Assembly (NCBI GenBank): GCA_035283365.1
Contig: DATETY010000008.1
Span: 1-64,000 of the forward strand
Direction: 5' to 3'
DNA from: Thermoplasmata archaeon
GTDB taxonomy: Archaea; Thermoplasmatota; Thermoplasmata; RBG-16-68-12
Length of the DNA stretch: 64,000 nt
Translations under genes and position numbers: made by a program
In this document: positions 1-9,565 of the stretch, piece by piece
Numbering within the stretch: the stretch's first letter is position 1
Layout of the letters: each line of letters begins with the position of its first letter
The notes under the pieces: generated by a model
The model's input: only the letters and a program-made list of their open reading frames with translations
Databases searched by the model: none
Told to the model about the DNA's origin: nothing

Positions 1-117
1 ATTCAGCCCGGAGCCTTTACTATTATGACAGGCGTGGGAGATCGCGGAGAGCCGGAGGCAGTTCGCGGTCCGGAAGGCTTATCATCGGAGCTAGCATTCA
101 CGCGCGGGGGAGAAGGA

Positions 118-429
118 ATGCCAAGATACCTTGTCCTGTACAAAGCAAATCCTTCGGTTTGGCCGACAGATCCGAAACAAGCGCTCGCTGTTTGGGAGGG
201 GACAATTGCGGGAGGAGACCATCTCCTGAAGACGGGCGCGCTTAAGGAAGTTGGCTGGTTTACCCCTCAGGAAGGCTACGCGATGTTCGAATCGGATTCC
301 AAGGAGAAGGTATTGGGAATGGTTCAGCCTTTCTTCCCCTACTACGACCAGGACATCCGAGAGATTGTATCCTGGGAGAAGGCCAAGGAAGCGCTCTTGG
401 GCAGTGCCCGTAGGGCCGCCTCGCGGTGA
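118..429 (+). CDS. hypothetical small protein (~100 aa)
   Basis: Inside ORF 25..429. ATG at 118 is preceded by GGAGAAGGA (RBS-like). Protein begins MPRYLVLYKANPSVWP. No catalytic motif recognised. Confidence 0.45.
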   Translation: MPRYLVLYKANPSVWPTDPKQALAVWEGTIAGGDHLLKTGALKEVGWFTPQEGYAMFESDSKEKVLGMVQPFFPYYDQDIREIVSWEKAKEALLGSARRAASR

Positions 430-593
430 CTGCCTCTTAGTACATCCGGCTCGCTCCTCGGAAAACGAGGAATTATGGGCCCGGCCAGATTTGGACTGGC
501 GACCTCCCGGTTATCAGCCGGGCGCTTCGGGCACCGGTCGAACGTTTACGAAGTCTAGCCCGGCATCCTGTCCATTCCCCGGTGGACCGCTGA

Positions 594-642
594 AGCCGCA
601 GGGGGGAATTGAACCCCCGACCTGCGCCCTACCAAGGCGCAG
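594..642 (-). other. intron-less 3-prime fragment of tRNA-Thr(GGU), about nt 27-73 (anticodon arm, variable loop, T-arm, acceptor 3-prime strand, discriminator)
   Basis: Reverse complement reads CTGCGCCTTGGTAGGGCGCAGGTCGGGGGTTCAATTCCCCCCTGCGGCT. It is identical to the spliced 3-prime part of the full tRNA at 1647..1738. It has no D-arm and no 5-prime acceptor strand. Confidence 0.7.
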
Positions 643-755
643 CTGATCACCGCTTCAGGGGTGCCTCGGCAGGGTCTCCATCTATCAGCGTCGCGGAGAC
701 CGTTACCATTATTAAGCGAATCCTTAAGTATTTTGGGCGCCTGACGGTTAAGCTG

Positions 756-1553
756 ATGCTTAAGGTTCAGAAGGTCCGGCTCGACGACGTGTTCGCGGCC
801 CTCGCACACCCCATTCGGCGCGCCATCATCGAGCGCCTTGCCGAAGGCGAATGCACGGTGGGCGAGTTGGCAGAACCCCACGACGTGAGCCTTCCGGCCA
901 TCTCCCAGCACCTTCGCGCGCTGGAAGAGGTCGGTCTCTTGGAGCAAACGCACACGGGGCGGGTGCGCCGATGCACCCTAAAGGCAACGCCGCTTTCCGC
1001 GGCGTTCTCGTGGATCGTGCAGTATCGCATCTTCTGGGAGGACATGCTGGACGACATCGCCGAGAAAGTGGAAGGAAGTGGAACCATGACAGCGACCAAG
1101 GGAAAGACCAAGACGACGACAGGGACGGTGCGACTGAGCCGCGTCTTCAAGGCGCCGCGCGAACGCGTGTTCAACGCATTCCTCGACCCCGACGCGTTCG
1201 CCAAGTGGAGCCCGCCGAACGGGTATTCGGCCCACGTGTACAAGTTCGACCCCAAAGTCGGGGGCACCTACCGCATGAGCTTCTCGTCCCTCGACAAGAA
1301 GGACACCCACTTATTCGGCGGCAAGTTCCTAGAGATCAAGCCTTACGAGCGACTGCGGTATACGGACAAGTTCGAAAGCGACAGCCCGGAGATGCAAGGC
1401 GAGATCATGGTCACGGTCACGTTCAAGGACGTCCGGGGTGGGACCGAGGTGAAGATCGTCCAGGCAGGACTCCCGCGGGTAATCCCCATCGAGGGGGCCA
1501 TGTTGGGCTGGAGCCAGTCGCTCGAGAACTTGGCGCGGCTCGTGGAGCTGTAG
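756..1553 (+). CDS. ArsR-family winged-helix regulator fused to an SRPBCC/AHSA1-like domain
   Basis: HTH segment HPIRRAIIERLAEGECTVGELAE...SLPAISQHLRALEEVGLL. C-terminal half reads TVRLSRVFKAPRERVFNAFLDPDAFAKW...TYRMSF (Aha1/SRPBCC-like). ATG at 756 is in frame with ORF 609..1553. The upstream part of that ORF overlaps the tRNA fragment. Confidence 0.75.
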   Translation: MLKVQKVRLDDVFAALAHPIRRAIIERLAEGECTVGELAEPHDVSLPAISQHLRALEEVGLLEQTHTGRVRRCTLKATPLSAAFSWIVQYRIFWEDMLDDIAEKVEGSGTMTATKGKTKTTTGTVRLSRVFKAPRERVFNAFLDPDAFAKWSPPNGYSAHVYKFDPKVGGTYRMSFSSLDKKDTHLFGGKFLEIKPYERLRYTDKFESDSPEMQGEIMVTVTFKDVRGGTEVKIVQAGLPRVIPIEGAMLGWSQSLENLARLVEL

Positions 1554-1646
1554 CAGAAACCCGAATCGCGTACGAAGTCCGCGCAGCTGGGCTGCGGTCA
1601 TCCTCACGGGCGGCGCCGTGGCCCCCAACGTTACGGCATGCGTGAG

Positions 1647-1738
1647 AGCCGCAGGGGGGAATTGAACCCCCGACCTGCGCCTCTTTGGCCTCTCGCGGAG
1701 GCTACCAAGGCGCCGCTCTACCCCTAAGCCACTGCGGC
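1647..1738 (-). tRNA. tRNA-Thr(GGU) with a 20-nt intron in the anticodon loop
   Basis: Reverse complement: GCCGCAG-TG-GCTT-AGGGGTA-GAGC-G-GCGCC-TTGGTAG-[CCTCCGCGAGAGGCCAAAGA]-GGCGC-AGGTC-GGGGG-TTCAATT-CCCCC-CTGCGGC-T. All stems pair. Anticodon GGT. The intron is at about 1682..1701 on the plus strand. No encoded CCA. Confidence 0.8.
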
Positions 1739-1848
1739 AGCGAACCGACCAAACCGCGGACCCGGCATAAACATTCCCCGGCGCCCGGCGGCCGCCCGCG
1801 GCTTTTTACCCCTGCGCGCGTTTCCGGACCGCTCCCCGGAGGGCACCG

Positions 1849-2883
1849 ATGGCGACGAAAGAGGGCAGGCAGCGGATTCGCAGTCCTCGCAAGGGCATCC
1901 TGAAGCGCCTCGACGAAGGACCCGTCCTCGGGGACGGCGGCTACCTGATTGAGCTCGAGAAGCGCGGCTACGTCCAGGCGGGTCCCTTCACCCCGGAGGT
2001 CGTCCTCAAGAACCCGGCGGCCCTGGGGGAGCTCCACCGGGAGTTCCTCGACGCGGGCGCGGAGGTCCTCCAGTCCCTCACGTTCTACGCGAGCAAGGAG
2101 AAGCTCGGGACGGTTGGGTACGCGGGCAAGGTGCGCGACCTGAACCGCGAGGCCGTCCGGATCGCACGCATGGCGGCGGGCGACCGCGCGCTCGTCGCAG
2201 GGAACATCAGCCTCACGTGGCTGTACGATCCGAAAGACCCGAAGTCGGCCGACCGGGTGCGGCGCGAGTTCGACGAGCAGCTCAAGGTCCAGCTCGCGGA
2301 AGGCATCGACTTCGTGATCGGGGAGACGTTCTCGTACCTCGGGGAGGCGCTCGTCGCGGTGGAGGCCGGGAAGGCGACCCGGATCCCGACGATGGTCACG
2401 ATGTGCTTCGAGAACGAGCCGAGGACCCCGGAGGGCAAGACGCCCGCCGAGTGCGCGAAGGCCCTCGTGGACGCGGGCGCGGACATCGTCGGCGTAAACT
2501 GCCTCCGGAACCCGAGGCACATGCTCCCGCTCGCGATCGAGATGCGCGAGGCCGTCGACGTCCCGATCGCGTGCCAGCCCACCGCGATCCGCACGCCGGA
2601 CGATCGCCCCGACTTCACGTCCCTCCCTCAGTTCCCCTACGAGCTCGAGGCGCTCACGCTGTCCCGCCGGGACATGGCGGACTACGCGCGCCGGGCCCTC
2701 GCGGCGGACATCCGGTTCATCGGGGCGTGCTGCGGCACGATTCCCGCGCACATCCGGGAGATGGCCCGTGCCCTGGGGAAGATCCAGCAGGAGGACCGCT
2801 CGTGGCGGATCGACTACGACCGCCCCATGTCCGGGTACGAGTACTACAAGCACACGGAGCGGCCTCCTGGCCAGGGTCCCTGA
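1849..2883 (+). CDS. homocysteine S-methyltransferase (BHMT-like Pfam S-methyl_trans family)
   Basis: GILKRLDEGPVLGDGGYLIELEKRGYVQAGPFTPEVVLKNPAALGELHREFLDAGAEVLQSLTFYASKEKL closely parallels the betaine-homocysteine methyltransferase N-terminus. GGAGGG RBS before the ATG. Confidence 0.8.
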   Translation: MATKEGRQRIRSPRKGILKRLDEGPVLGDGGYLIELEKRGYVQAGPFTPEVVLKNPAALGELHREFLDAGAEVLQSLTFYASKEKLGTVGYAGKVRDLNREAVRIARMAAGDRALVAGNISLTWLYDPKDPKSADRVRREFDEQLKVQLAEGIDFVIGETFSYLGEALVAVEAGKATRIPTMVTMCFENEPRTPEGKTPAECAKALVDAGADIVGVNCLRNPRHMLPLAIEMREAVDVPIACQPTAIRTPDDRPDFTSLPQFPYELEALTLSRRDMADYARRALAADIRFIGACCGTIPAHIREMARALGKIQQEDRSWRIDYDRPMSGYEYYKHTERPPGQGP

Positions 2884-2914
2884 CGGCGCGTCGGACCGCG
2901 GTGGGGCATCTCGC

Positions 2915-4474
2915 ATGGCCGCCTTCGACGCGATCGTGGTCGGGGGCGGGCACAACGGCCTCGTGGCCGCGGGGTACCTCGCGAAGGCGGGCCTCAAGGT
3001 CCTCGTCCTGGAGCGGCGGGGCCTCGTGGGCGGGGCGTCCACGACGGAGGAGGTGTTCCCCGGAGTGCGGTTCTCCCGCCTCGCGTATTCCGCGGGCCTC
3101 CTGCGGCCCGAGGTGATCCGGGACCTCGATCTCGCGAGGCACGGCTACGTGGCCCACCCGTTCGACCCTCAGTTCTTCCTGCCGTTCCCGGACGGCCGGT
3201 CGATCCTCCTGTGGAAAGACATGGACCGAAATCTGAAGGAATTCGCTCGTTTCTCGAAGAAGGACGCGGAAACCTACCCGAAGTACGTCGCGTTCTGGAC
3301 GGAGACGATGGAGCTGTTCGAGGCGATGGTCCTCGAGGCTCCGCCGCCCCTCGCGGACCTCCTCTCCATGTTCCAGGGCGCGGACGCGGAGGAGCTCGCG
3401 AAGCGCGTCCTGCTGCAGAGCGCGGCGGCCCTCCTCGACGAGTTCTTCGAGTCGGACGAGGTGAAGGCATCCCTCGTGAACGCGACGACGATCGGCCTGC
3501 CGGCGGGGCCCAAGACGCCGGGGACGGCCCTCATGCTCGGCCACATGCTCCTCCACGAGATCAACGGGGTCAAGCAGACGTTCGGGTACGCGATGGGCGG
3601 GATGGGCGGGATCAGCCAGGCCCTCGAGCGGTCGTGCAAGGCCCTTGGAGTGACGATCCGGACCCGCGCGGCCGTGGCCCGCATCCTCACGAGGGACGGC
3701 CGCGCGATCGGCGTCGAGCTCGAGGACGGGACCCGCCATGAAGCGCAGGCGGTCCTCTCGAACGTGGACGCGAAGACCCTGTTCCTCCGCCTCGTGGGAC
3801 CGGACGCGGTCGACCCGGAGTTCCTCGCGAAGGTCCGGCGGATCAAGGCGACCGGGGTCGTGACGAAAGTGAACGCCCACCTGAGGGAACCGCCCGAGTT
3901 CACCGCGCGGCCCGGGAAGGGGGTGCAGCCGCACCACCGAGGCTACATGGACATCTGCCCGTCCGTGGACTACCTCGAGCGCGCGTGGGATGACGCGAAG
4001 TGGGGCGAGCCCTCGCGGCAGCCGTTCCTCGACTGCGTGATGCACTCCGTGACGGACCCGAGCCTGTGCCCGCCCGGGACGCACACCCTGTCGATCTACG
4101 CGCAGTACTTCCCGTACGCGCTCGCGCGGGGGACCTGGGACGACCGGAAGGCGGAGGCGGGCGACCGGATCCTCGACACCCTCGCGGAGTACGCCCCGAA
4201 CCTCCGGCGGGCCGTGATCGACCACGAGGTCATCACGCCCCTCGACATGGAGCGGGAGTGGGGCCTCCCGGGCGGCTGCATCTACCAGACCGACATGACG
4301 CCAGACCAGCTGTTCTCCCTGCGCCCGGTCCCGGGATGGTCCGGGTACCGTACCCCGATCCCGGGCCTGTACATCTGCGGGAGCAGCGCGCACCCCGGAG
4401 GCGGCGTGACGGGGGCGCCGGGCCGCAACGCGGCGATGGTCGCCCTCGAGGACCTCGCGCGGTCGAAGCCATGA
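2915..4474 (+). CDS. FAD/NAD(P)-dependent oxidoreductase, phytoene-desaturase (CrtI)-like family
   Basis: N-terminal Rossmann motif MAAFDAIVVGGGHNGLVAAGYLAKAGLKVLVLE. About 520 aa. ATG at 2915 within ORF 2768..4474. Confidence 0.75.
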   Translation: MAAFDAIVVGGGHNGLVAAGYLAKAGLKVLVLERRGLVGGASTTEEVFPGVRFSRLAYSAGLLRPEVIRDLDLARHGYVAHPFDPQFFLPFPDGRSILLWKDMDRNLKEFARFSKKDAETYPKYVAFWTETMELFEAMVLEAPPPLADLLSMFQGADAEELAKRVLLQSAAALLDEFFESDEVKASLVNATTIGLPAGPKTPGTALMLGHMLLHEINGVKQTFGYAMGGMGGISQALERSCKALGVTIRTRAAVARILTRDGRAIGVELEDGTRHEAQAVLSNVDAKTLFLRLVGPDAVDPEFLAKVRRIKATGVVTKVNAHLREPPEFTARPGKGVQPHHRGYMDICPSVDYLERAWDDAKWGEPSRQPFLDCVMHSVTDPSLCPPGTHTLSIYAQYFPYALARGTWDDRKAEAGDRILDTLAEYAPNLRRAVIDHEVITPLDMEREWGLPGGCIYQTDMTPDQLFSLRPVPGWSGYRTPIPGLYICGSSAHPGGGVTGAPGRNAAMVALEDLARSKP

Positions 4475-4525
4475 TCCCGGGCGGACCGCTGAACCATTAA
4501 GTAAAGCGCCGGACTTCCAGACCCC

Positions 4526-6433
4526 ATGAAGACCGCCCTCTCCTCCGCGGACCTCCGGGCCCTCGTCGCGGAGTGGCAGGGCCTCCTCGGCGGGCACGTG
4601 GACAAGGCGTACCAGCGCGAGGACGAGGTGATCCTGCGGATCAACCTGGCAGGCGGAGGTCGGACGGAACTGTACTTCAAGGCGGGCCGCTGGCTGTGCC
4701 TCCACGAGGTCGAGACGAAGCCCCAGGAGCCGCCGCCGTTCGCCCAGACCCTGCGCCGCCTCCTGGACAACGCCCGCCTCACGGCCGTCGAGCAGCGCGG
4801 GTTCGACCGGATCGCCGTGTTCAGCGTCGAGCGGGGCGGCGAGCCCCTCCGGGTCGTCTACGAGGTGTTCGGCAAAGGCAACCTGGTCGTCGTGAAGGGG
4901 GATGCGACCGTCGCCTGCCTCAGCCCCCAGACGTACGGGGACCGGGCCGTCCGGCCCGGGGAGCCGTACGCGTTCCCCGCGACGGGACCCGACCCCGTCG
5001 AGCTGGACCGCCGCGGGTTCACGGAGGCCGTGCGCGGCGCGAAGGGCCAGGTCGTCCGGGTCCTCGCGAGCGTCCTGAGCCTCGGGGGGCAGTACGCGGA
5101 GGAGCTGTGCCTCCGCGCGGGCCTGCCCAAGGAGACGAAGGTGAAGGACCTCGCGGACGCCCAGATCGACGCGTTGTACACGGCCCTCAACAACCTCGTC
5201 GTCTCGATCGACTCGGAGCGGAGGCCGGCCGTGATCCACGTGGATGGCCACCCAATCGACGCGGCCCCCATCGAGCTGGCCCAGTACGCTCACCTGGAGG
5301 CCCGGCCGTTCCCGACATTCAACGAGGCCCTCTCCCAGTACATCGCGACCGCGCCTCCCGAGGAGGCCCCCGCGGACGAGGTCGCCTCGAAGTACGAGCG
5401 ACGCACCGCGCAGCAGGAGGAGTCCCTCCGCGCCCTCCGCGAGGAGGCGACCCGCCTGGAAGCCCAGGCCGTGTTCCTGTACGCGCACTACGTGCCGTTC
5501 GACGAGTTCCTCCGGGCCGTGCGGGAGGGGCAGGAACCGCCTCCCCACGCGCAGGTCAAGGCGATCGACCGGAAGGCCCGCACGGTCACGTTCGGCATCG
5601 CGGACTTCGACTCGGTCACCCTGGAGTACGAGAAGGACGTGACCGCGAACGCCCAGGCCCTGTACGACCGCCGGAGGGAGGCCCAGCTCAAGGCCGAGCG
5701 GGTCCAGGAGGCCATCGAGGCGACCCGCCGGGAGATGGAAGCGGCCCGCAGGAAGGCGATCAAGGTGGCCAAGAAGCCCCGCGTGCGCCCGACGAAGGCG
5801 ATGTGGTTCGACGCGTACCGCTGGACCCTCTCCTCGGAGGGACACCTGATCCTCGGGGGCCGCGACGCGCGATCGAACGACCAGCTCGTGAAGAAGCACC
5901 TCAAGGAGGGGGACCGGTACGCCCACGCGGACGTCCACGGGGCCCCCTCGACCGTCGTGAAGGAGGGGTCCCGGGCCGGGGAGGCGACCCTGCGGGAGGC
6001 GTGCGAATTCGCCCTCGCGTACAGCAAGGCCTGGTCCGCCGGGCTCGCGGGCGGCAGCGCGTACTGGGTCCTCCCCGAACAGGTCTCCAAGCAGGCCGAG
6101 TCGGGCGAGTTCCTCCCTCGCGGGGCCTTCGTGATCCGCGGGAAGCGGAACTACCTACACGACCTGCCGGTCCGCCTCGCGGTCGGCGAGGTCGAGATCG
6201 AGGGTCACCGGAAGGTGATGGGAGGCCCCCCGTCCGCCGTGGCGGCCCGCGCGGCGAGGCACGTGGTCTTGGGGCCCGGGAAGGGGGATCGGGAGGCCCT
6301 CGCGAAGCGCCTCGCCGCGGCCTTCGACGTGCCCATCGAGGAGGTCGGCCGGGTCCTCCCGCCGGGCGGCTGCGAGGTCCTCGAGACGAAGGACGTCCCT
6401 CTCCCGGTGGGCCATCCGACGTCAAGTTCATAA
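4526..6433 (+). CDS. NFACT-family protein (Rqc2/NEMF/FbpA homolog; archaeal RqcH-like)
   Basis: NFACT-N-like N-terminus MKTALSSADLRALVAEWQGLLGGHVDKAYQ. DUF814/NFACT-R segment WFDAYRWTLSSEGHLILGGRDARSNDQLVKKHLKEGDRYAHADVHGAPSTVVK. Confidence 0.8.
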   Translation: MKTALSSADLRALVAEWQGLLGGHVDKAYQREDEVILRINLAGGGRTELYFKAGRWLCLHEVETKPQEPPPFAQTLRRLLDNARLTAVEQRGFDRIAVFSVERGGEPLRVVYEVFGKGNLVVVKGDATVACLSPQTYGDRAVRPGEPYAFPATGPDPVELDRRGFTEAVRGAKGQVVRVLASVLSLGGQYAEELCLRAGLPKETKVKDLADAQIDALYTALNNLVVSIDSERRPAVIHVDGHPIDAAPIELAQYAHLEARPFPTFNEALSQYIATAPPEEAPADEVASKYERRTAQQEESLRALREEATRLEAQAVFLYAHYVPFDEFLRAVREGQEPPPHAQVKAIDRKARTVTFGIADFDSVTLEYEKDVTANAQALYDRRREAQLKAERVQEAIEATRREMEAARRKAIKVAKKPRVRPTKAMWFDAYRWTLSSEGHLILGGRDARSNDQLVKKHLKEGDRYAHADVHGAPSTVVKEGSRAGEATLREACEFALAYSKAWSAGLAGGSAYWVLPEQVSKQAESGEFLPRGAFVIRGKRNYLHDLPVRLAVGEVEIEGHRKVMGGPPSAVAARAARHVVLGPGKGDREALAKRLAAAFDVPIEEVGRVLPPGGCEVLETKDVPLPVGHPTSSS

Positions 6434-6463
6434 GATACGCGCGGGTCCTCGAGGAGTCCAAGG

Positions 6464-7357
6464 GTGTGTGAGGACATCGGCGCCTACCTGCGGCTCTTCC
6501 TCCTGTTCGCGGCGCTCACCGCGATCTTCGTCGGCTTCGGCTGGGTCATCGGCACGGTCTGGTTCGGGGACTGGGTCGGCGGCGCGATCCTGTTCCTCGC
6601 CCTCGCGGGAGCCATGAACGCGTTCGCCTACTTCTTCTCCGACAAGATCGTCCTCTGGTCGTACCGCGCGAAGGTCGTCTCGGAGGCCGAGGCGCCCGAG
6701 CTCCATCGAATCGTCCGGCAGGTCGCCGCCCTCGCGAACGTGCCCGTCCCGTCCGTCGCGATCGTGCCGACGGACACCCCGAACGCGTTCGCGACGGGGC
6801 GCAGCCCTCGGCACGCGGTCGTGGCCGTCACCCGGGGCATCCTGGACCTCCTCACGGAGGACGAGCTCCGGGGGGTCCTGGCCCACGAGGTCTCCCACGT
6901 CGGGAACCGGGACATCCTCGTGATGTCCGTCGCCGCGACGATCGCGGGCGCGATCAGCTTCATGGCGCGGATGTTCTGGTGGAACAGCCTGTTCGGGGGA
7001 TCCCGGAACCGCGAGGGGAACGGGGCCCAGGCGCTCCTGGCCGTCGTCGGGATGGTCCTCGCGCCCATCGCGGCGTTCGCGGTCCAGATGGCGATCTCCC
7101 GGAGCCGCGAGTACAAGGCGGACCACACGGGCGCGACGACGATCGGGAATCCGCTCGCCCTCGCCTCGGCCCTCCAGAAGCTCGAAGCCGCGAACCGGCG
7201 CAAGCCGCTCCGGTTCGGGAGCCCCGCGTCCCAGGGTCTGTTCATCGTGAACCCGTTCTCCGACAACGGCTTCGTGCGCCTGTTCCGGAGCCACCCGCCC
7301 ATCCAGGAGCGGGTCCGGCGGCTCGAGGCCCTCGCGGCCGGCATCGGGCTGCGGTGA
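6464..7357 (+). CDS. htpX: membrane zinc metalloprotease HtpX (M48)
   Basis: Two N-terminal TM helices, then HEVSHVGNRD (HExxH) and a later TM pair. GTG start at 6464 after GAGGAG. Confidence 0.85.
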   Translation: MCEDIGAYLRLFLLFAALTAIFVGFGWVIGTVWFGDWVGGAILFLALAGAMNAFAYFFSDKIVLWSYRAKVVSEAEAPELHRIVRQVAALANVPVPSVAIVPTDTPNAFATGRSPRHAVVAVTRGILDLLTEDELRGVLAHEVSHVGNRDILVMSVAATIAGAISFMARMFWWNSLFGGSRNREGNGAQALLAVVGMVLAPIAAFAVQMAISRSREYKADHTGATTIGNPLALASALQKLEAANRRKPLRFGSPASQGLFIVNPFSDNGFVRLFRSHPPIQERVRRLEALAAGIGLR

Positions 7358-7367
7358 ACCGACCGAG

Positions 7368-7745
7368 TCAGCCGAACTCATGCCCGACGTGGCGCCCGTG
7401 CCTGGCGTCCAGATCCCGGATCTGCTCGCGCACCTCGAGGTTGGGTTCGAGGACCTCGAACTCCTCGAGGTACGCCCGGTCCTTGTACAGGACCGTCGTG
7501 CGGCCGTTCTTCGACGTGCGCACCATCAAATTGAGGTCGCCTCCGCCCTCCGGGCCCTCGTACAGCGTGTAGAAGCCGAGGAAGTGCCCGACGACCTCCT
7601 CGAAGCCGTGCTGGGGGTAGAAGAACCGCAACCGCACCCGGTCGCCGGGGAAGATGTCGAGGCGGTCCATGAGCTTGTCGTCGAGGATCCCTGCCTCCTT
7701 CAGGATGCGCCGCTCCTCCGCGACCGCATCCCGGTTCTCCACCAT
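7368..7745 (-). CDS. hypothetical protein (125 aa), downstream of glnA
   Basis: Clean ORF on the glnA strand. Protein MVENRDAVAEERRILKEAGILDD.... No motif recognised. Confidence 0.4.
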   Translation of the reverse strand: MVENRDAVAEERRILKEAGILDDKLMDRLDIFPGDRVRLRFFYPQHGFEEVVGHFLGFYTLYEGPEGGGDLNLMVRTSKNGRTTVLYKDRAYLEEFEVLEPNLEVREQIRDLDARHGRHVGHEFG

Positions 7746-7868
7746 GGACGGCTGGGAGGGCGCGCCCGGCCTTAAACCCGCCGTCCGGCCTCGCGGCCCG
7801 GCTCAGGCCGAGGCCCGAAACAGGCCAGTGCAGCGTCCCGCGCCGGCCGATGGGATGGGTGACCGTGG

Positions 7869-9323
7869 TCACGCATCCATGTACCGGTAGAACTCGTACG
7901 GGGAGGGCCGCAGCGAGGTCTGCAGGTGCTCGTCCAGCTTGAGCTCCTCGTATTTCTCGAGGAGGTCCTGCGTGAACACGGTCTTGAGGAACATGTAGTC
8001 CGTCTGGAGGTGCTCGACGGACTCCTTGAGGGACCCGGGAAGCTCGCGGACCCCGTACTCCTTCCGCTTGGCGGCGCTCAGGTGGTACAGGTCTTCGTCG
8101 ACCGGGTCGCCGGGGTCGAGCTTCCGCTTCACCCCGTCCAGGCCGGCGCACAGCATCGCGGCGAACGACAGGTACGGATTGCACGCCGGGTCCGGCGTGC
8201 GGTACTCGATCCGCTTCGCGGCTTCGATCCCCCGGTAGTACATGGGGATCCGGATGTTCGCGGACCGGTTCCGCTTCGACCAGGCGATGAACACGGGGGC
8301 CTCGTACCCGGGCACGAGCCGGCGGTACGAGTTCGTCGTCGGGTTCGTGAAGGCGCACAGGGCCCGCGCGTGCTCCATGAGCCCGCCGATGTAGTACCGG
8401 CACGTCTGGCTGACCTCCGCGTACTCGTCGTCCGCGTCGTACATCACGTTCTTGCCCTTCGTCCACAAGCTCTGGTGGACGTGCATCCCGCTCGCGTTAT
8501 CCCCGAAAATCGGCTTGGGCATGAACGTCGCGAGCATGTCCATCTTGTGGGCGACCATCTTCATCACGTAACGGTACGTGACGACGTTGTCCGCCATGGG
8601 GACGAGCTCGTCGTACCGCATGTCGATCTCGCACTGCCCCGCGGTCGCGACCTCATGGTGGTGCGCGTCCAGCGTCAGGCCGAAGTGGTCCATCAGGACG
8701 CGGCACGCTTCGTTCCGGAAGTCCTGGAGGCTGTCCACGGGCGGGGCCGGGTAGTAGCCCTCCTTGAACCGAATCGGGAAGTTCTTGCCCCCACTCTCGG
8801 ACCACGGCGCCTCGCGGGACAGGATCTCGTACCCCGCGCCGGACCACGGGTTCCGCACGTGGTCCGGCGTGGGGGTGAGCCGGATCCCGTCGAACACGAA
8901 GAACTCGATCTCCGGCCCCCAGTACGTCGTGTCGTAGCCCAAGCCCGCGGCGAACTCGGCAGCCTTCTGCGCGATGAACCGCGAGTCCCGGGTGAAGCGT
9001 TCGTGGGACCCGCCCTCGTACACGTCGACGAACATCCGGGCCGTCCGGTGGTCTCCCTCGTACCATGGAAGGACGGCGAGCGTGGACGGGTCCGGGTTCA
9101 TCACCATGTCCGACTCGTGGATCTCCTTGAAACCCTTGATCGACGAGCCGTCCAGCTTGCCCACGCCGCGCTTGAAGTCCTCCGCCGTGAGGGACGTCGA
9201 GGGGATCGTGATGTGCTGCAGCGCGCCGAGCAGGTCGACGAACTGCAGGTCGATCCACCGAATGCCCTCCGACTGGATGCGCTTCATGACCGCGTCGACA
9301 CCGTTGCCTCTCTTCGTCTTCAT
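7869..9323 (-). CDS. glnA: glutamine synthetase type I
   Basis: MKTKRGNGVDAVMKRIQSEGIRWIDLQFVDLLG.... Conserved GS regions (NPYLSFAAMLCAGLDG, FIAWSKRNRSANIRIP). ATG at 9323 is preceded by GGGAGGATCTCG. Confidence 0.9.
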   Translation of the reverse strand: MKTKRGNGVDAVMKRIQSEGIRWIDLQFVDLLGALQHITIPSTSLTAEDFKRGVGKLDGSSIKGFKEIHESDMVMNPDPSTLAVLPWYEGDHRTARMFVDVYEGGSHERFTRDSRFIAQKAAEFAAGLGYDTTYWGPEIEFFVFDGIRLTPTPDHVRNPWSGAGYEILSREAPWSESGGKNFPIRFKEGYYPAPPVDSLQDFRNEACRVLMDHFGLTLDAHHHEVATAGQCEIDMRYDELVPMADNVVTYRYVMKMVAHKMDMLATFMPKPIFGDNASGMHVHQSLWTKGKNVMYDADDEYAEVSQTCRYYIGGLMEHARALCAFTNPTTNSYRRLVPGYEAPVFIAWSKRNRSANIRIPMYYRGIEAAKRIEYRTPDPACNPYLSFAAMLCAGLDGVKRKLDPGDPVDEDLYHLSAAKRKEYGVRELPGSLKESVEHLQTDYMFLKTVFTQDLLEKYEELKLDEHLQTSLRPSPYEFYRYMDA

Positions 9324-9384
9324 CGAGATCCTCCCTGGAACCGACTCGTGCCGTCTCAGGACGGTCTGCAGGGCCGTCCGCCTC

Positions 9385-9470
9385 CACAGGATTTTGGTGT
9401 ACATACTTAAAGGTTGTCGGTCCAGAACCATACAAATGATTGAAAACTTGATATGTTACCGAGACAATGT
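9385..9470. promoter_or_regulatory. AT-rich divergent control region between glnA and lrp
   Basis: Locally AT-rich: ggattttggtgtacatacttaaaggttgtcggtccagaaccatacaaatgattgaaaacttgatatgttacc. It sits in an otherwise GC-rich genome between divergent starts. TATA-like and palindromic A/T elements are present. Confidence 0.5.
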
Positions 9471-9565
9471 CCACCCCGCCCCGAGGGGCCTCCGTCCGGC
9501 TGGCGAACCGCCCGAGCGGGGGCGCAAGCGGCTTAAGGGATGACCCGATGCGCGGCGAGGCGACG

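Larger units (their letters stand above)
594..1738. mobile_element. putative remnant of a tRNA-targeted integration, bounded by direct copies of the tRNA-Thr 3-prime part
   Basis: A 48-nt direct repeat (594..642 and 1647..~1694, excluding the intron) flanks a single regulator gene. No integrase is present, so if this is an integration scar it is degraded. Confidence 0.3.

Noticed and set aside
609-755. N-terminal 49 codons of ORF 609..1553
   Set aside because: Overlaps the tRNA-Thr fragment. The ArsR HTH begins right after the ATG at 756, so the shorter start was preferred.
2717-5938. 1073-aa ORF on the minus strand
   Set aside because: Antisense to the well-supported oxidoreductase and NFACT genes. 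Arg/Gly/Pro-rich low-complexity translation typical of high-GC antisense frames. No motifs.
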